Assembly: GCA_052279835.1 (NCBI GenBank)
Contig: CP181291.1
Span: 6,144,001-6,208,000 of the forward strand
DNA from: Microcoleus sp.
GTDB taxonomy: Bacteria > Cyanobacteriota > Cyanobacteriia > Cyanobacteriales > Microcoleaceae
Direction: 5' to 3'
Length of the DNA: 64,000 nucleotides
The position numbers and the translations under genes were made by a program. Of the stretch, positions 60,847 through 64,000 are shown piece by piece; position 1 is the first letter of the stretch, and every line of letters starts with the position of its first letter. Below the pieces are notes generated by a model. It made no database searches. It was not told where the DNA came from and saw nothing but the letters and a program-made list of their open reading frames with translations.

Positions 60847-62493
60847 ATGACAAGAGATACATCTAGAGATGGATTGAGCAACAAAGCTTTAGCATATACG
60901 TTGACTCATTTCAAACCTATTTGGGATTTAGTTCAAAGTTACGAGCCTCTGAAACGTAAACTAAACAAATTTTTTCTCAATAGTATCATTTACAAACTTC
61001 CGACTCGCCCGCTTCCCTATAGCTTAATGGGCTTAGATTCCAAAATTCCAGGGACAGATATTCCCAAGAAAACTGATACCTATATCTCTTGGGATTCACT
61101 TACAGACAAAACTTATACTGGGCGACATTTACCTCCCGACCCGGAATTTAACAAAGAAGGGAATTTACCACCACTGGGCAAAGTAAAGACCTTATTCCAA
61201 AAAAGAGACGGAAAAACCATTTATTCGGAAAAATCGACTCTGCTCTTTCCCTATTGGGTGCAGTGGTTTACTGATAGTTTTCTGCGCATAGATCAGCAAA
61301 ATCGCTTCAAAAATACCTCCAATCATCAGATTGATATGTGTAATGTTTACGGGTTGACCCGCAAACAAACAAATATGCTCAGAGCTTTCAAAAACGGTAA
61401 ATTTAAAACCCAGAAACTCAAGCGCCAAGATGGTCAAGAAGAAGAGTATCCACTCTTTTATTATGCCGATCCTGAAAAGGGTATTGTCGATCCTCAATTT
61501 GAAGGTCTTCATGCACCCCTTAATGATGAGAAAAGACAAAGCCCCGAAAAGAAAGCCAAGCTCTTTGCAATGGGAGTTGAACGGGCAAACGTCCAAATTG
61601 GCTATGTCATGCTCAACACTTTATGTATCAGGGAGCATAATCGAATTTGTGATGTTTTGTCCAAAAGCTATCCAGAATGGGACGATGAGAGGCTCTTCCA
61701 AACCGCGAGAAATATTCTCATGGTGATTGTTCTCAATATCATTATGGAAGAGTACATTTTCCACATTACGCCCTATAATTTTAGGTTCTTTGCCGATCCT
61801 GAAGCTTTTACCAAGGAAAGTTGGTATCGAGAAAATTGGATGGCTATTGAGTTTAGTTTTGTCTATCGCTGGCATAGTGCGCTTCCTGAAAGCTTTACGT
61901 ATGACGGCGAAAAAACATCCATGTACGATTCCCTCTGGAACAATCAGATGATAATCGATAAAGGGTTGGGTGCATTGATGGAAGAAACTTGTTCCCAACC
62001 AGCCACTAGAATTGGTTTGTTTAACACACCTGATTTTCCGATCGCAGGAACACCCTTTACATTTATTGATGCTACCGAACTAGCATCTGTTAAACTCGGA
62101 CGGCAGGCCCAGTTAGCCAGTTATAACGATTACCGCGAAATGTGCGGTTATCCCAGGGTGACTGATTTCAATCAAATTACGGGTGACGAATACGCTCAAC
62201 AGAAATTAAAAGAGTTGTACGGTCATGTTGATAAGATTGAATTCTTTGTCGGATTGTACGCTGAAGATGTCCGGCAAAATTCAGCAATTCCCCCTTTAGT
62301 AGCACGGATAATTGGCATTGATGCTTTCTCCCAAGCTTTAACTAATCCTTTGTTATCGCCTAAAGTCTTCAATAAGGAAACTTTTTCTGAGGTTGGTTGG
62401 GAAATTATCCAAAATACCAAAACAGTCTCTGATTTAGTGAATCGTAATGTTCCTCCAAGCGATCGCAAGTACAAAGTCTCCTTCGATCTTTAA
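60847..62493 (+). CDS. Cyclooxygenase-like heme fatty-acid dioxygenase
   Basis: GRHLP, QWFTDSF, REHNRIC..L..YPEWDDERLFQTAR, EFSFVYRWHS, SYNDYRE, VGLYAE. Confidence 0.9.
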   Translation: MTRDTSRDGLSNKALAYTLTHFKPIWDLVQSYEPLKRKLNKFFLNSIIYKLPTRPLPYSLMGLDSKIPGTDIPKKTDTYISWDSLTDKTYTGRHLPPDPEFNKEGNLPPLGKVKTLFQKRDGKTIYSEKSTLLFPYWVQWFTDSFLRIDQQNRFKNTSNHQIDMCNVYGLTRKQTNMLRAFKNGKFKTQKLKRQDGQEEEYPLFYYADPEKGIVDPQFEGLHAPLNDEKRQSPEKKAKLFAMGVERANVQIGYVMLNTLCIREHNRICDVLSKSYPEWDDERLFQTARNILMVIVLNIIMEEYIFHITPYNFRFFADPEAFTKESWYRENWMAIEFSFVYRWHSALPESFTYDGEKTSMYDSLWNNQMIIDKGLGALMEETCSQPATRIGLFNTPDFPIAGTPFTFIDATELASVKLGRQAQLASYNDYREMCGYPRVTDFNQITGDEYAQQKLKELYGHVDKIEFFVGLYAEDVRQNSAIPPLVARIIGIDAFSQALTNPLLSPKVFNKETFSEVGWEIIQNTKTVSDLVNRNVPPSDRKYKVSFDL

Positions 62494-62692
62494 GTTGTAG
62501 CTGGCAACTAAGACTCAAAGTAGTTGGGGGCACAAAGACACCTGCACCCTCAAAAGTTAGGAAGAAAAAGGCGATCTTTTCGCAAGCCATCGGCTACGGC
62601 AATTCGGGAGCAATTGCACGAGCAGTTATACTGTTTAACAGACGCAACGGTTTGTGTAGAGCCTTTTTTAGCGATTAACCGAAGGTTATGTT

Positions 62693-63895
62693 ATGAACAA
62701 GAAGTTATTTACCGAATATCCGGAACAGGACGAACGAAAATATTACGATCTTTTGGTTGAGCAAGCCAAGCTTCGGATGGATAATCTGTACGGGGATAAG
62801 GAGCGGGCACTGCGAGATACTCACGCCAAAACTCATGCCTGCGTTAAAGGAACTCTGGAAATTTTTGACTTTGATGAGGAAGCGATTAAACGGGAAGTGG
62901 GCAAACGCGCCTCGTTAACTTCTTCACAACTGAATGCGATTTCCCTTAAGCAAGGTTTGCTAGCAAAACCCAAAGAATATCCTGTTTGGTTGCGATTTGC
63001 TAACGGGGCTACCAAAGTATACCCTGATTACGCTAAAGATTCGCGATCGATTTCAGTGAAAGTGATGGGGGTGGAAGGGGAACGACTCGCGCAAAGCCAC
63101 GAGTCAAAAACCCAGGACATCATTGTTCACAATTCAGAGATATTTGTGAGCCAAACCATCAAAGATTACTACGGCTTTTTTTCGGCTCTGGTTGAATCAC
63201 CAGATACATTGAAAAAGTGGCTAATGCGACATCCAAGGCACTTTTTAGCGGTGTCAACGCTTACGGGTAGCCGGACTCCGAAGAGTTTGCTAACAGCAAA
63301 ATATTGGAGCGGTTCACCCTCTGCTTTGGGTCTCAATCCCGATTTCGATCCCGACCAGCCTGGTCTAGTTCCTGTAGAATATCCGGCTGTAATTAAGTAT
63401 GGGTTCACTCCGGTTTCATGCCAACCACCGCACGAGATAATTCCAGAACAATCTCGATCGGGAATTCCTAAATTTCCCTTTGTCGATCGCGCTAAAGCCT
63501 TGGGTTTAGATCCCAATCAACCCGACAATTATTACCGGGATGAACTAATTCAAGCCCTTGCGAAACCTGATGCCCAATACTGGTGGGATTTTGGCATCCA
63601 GTTTCAAACCAGCCTAAAAATGCCGATCGACGATGGCATCAATGTCTGGAAAGAACAGGAATCACCTTTCTTGAGAGTAGGCCGTCTCACCGTCAAGCAT
63701 CAGATTATTGATTATGAAAAACAATCCGATTTCAACGAAAACCTGAGATATTCTCCTTGGAACGGCTTAGCAGTCCACCGTCCAGTAGGTGCGATCAATC
63801 GGATACGCGGTGTGGTTTACCCGGTTGTAGCGAATTATCGCCTTCAAAAGCGAGGTCTTGTCCACCAAGAACCAACAGGAGAAGAAACATTTTAG
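62693..63895 (+). CDS. Catalase-related heme protein (hydroperoxide lyase / allene oxide synthase-like)
   Basis: RDTHAKTH.CVKG, WLRFAN, YSPWN..HRPVGAINRIR..VY. Confidence 0.88.
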   Translation: MNKKLFTEYPEQDERKYYDLLVEQAKLRMDNLYGDKERALRDTHAKTHACVKGTLEIFDFDEEAIKREVGKRASLTSSQLNAISLKQGLLAKPKEYPVWLRFANGATKVYPDYAKDSRSISVKVMGVEGERLAQSHESKTQDIIVHNSEIFVSQTIKDYYGFFSALVESPDTLKKWLMRHPRHFLAVSTLTGSRTPKSLLTAKYWSGSPSALGLNPDFDPDQPGLVPVEYPAVIKYGFTPVSCQPPHEIIPEQSRSGIPKFPFVDRAKALGLDPNQPDNYYRDELIQALAKPDAQYWWDFGIQFQTSLKMPIDDGINVWKEQESPFLRVGRLTVKHQIIDYEKQSDFNENLRYSPWNGLAVHRPVGAINRIRGVVYPVVANYRLQKRGLVHQEPTGEETF

Positions 63896-64000
63896 TACAG
63901 CGTAGAAACCCGGTTTCGCAGAAGTTATACCAATTTCATAAAGTAGCGCTACATATCTACCCCCCCAACCCCCCCTTACTAAGGGGGGGGCTTTGAACTA

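Overview
Chromosomal window of a filamentous cyanobacterium; an Oscillatoriales/Microcoleus-like origin is inferred from abundant HIP1 GCGATCGC, petB/petD, ctpA, psaM, a cyanobacterial rpoZ and heptamer repeats. Core genes (a chemotaxis-like MCP-cheA-cheW cluster, rpoZ, tRNA-Pro(GGG), petBD, ctpA, psaM, uup, mtnA, cbiD, guaA) alternate with accessory blocks. Highlights: (1) At 6.6-11.9 kb a PiuC/PKHD-type hydroxylase lies between two divergent genes that share an N-terminal TKIWxG[VI]G motif and Gly-Glu repeats. Both carry an identical 21-bp upstream box, and a PepSY-TM gene and an OmpR/HK pair are adjacent. This is a candidate undescribed peptide-modification or metal-acquisition system. (2) A TIGR04255-like / HTH / MazF-like three-gene operon, an ATPase-TOPRIM pair and toxin-antitoxin remnants cluster at 29-36 kb. 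(3) A lipase / fatty-acid dioxygenase / catalase-like oxylipin cluster ends the window. (4) There is an ANT(2'')-Ia-like nucleotidyltransferase and a pentameric ligand-gated ion channel. (5) Two tnpB-only IS200/IS605 elements sit just upstream of conserved genes. No CRISPR array or rRNA was seen. All family assignments are by motif recognition from memory, with no database search.
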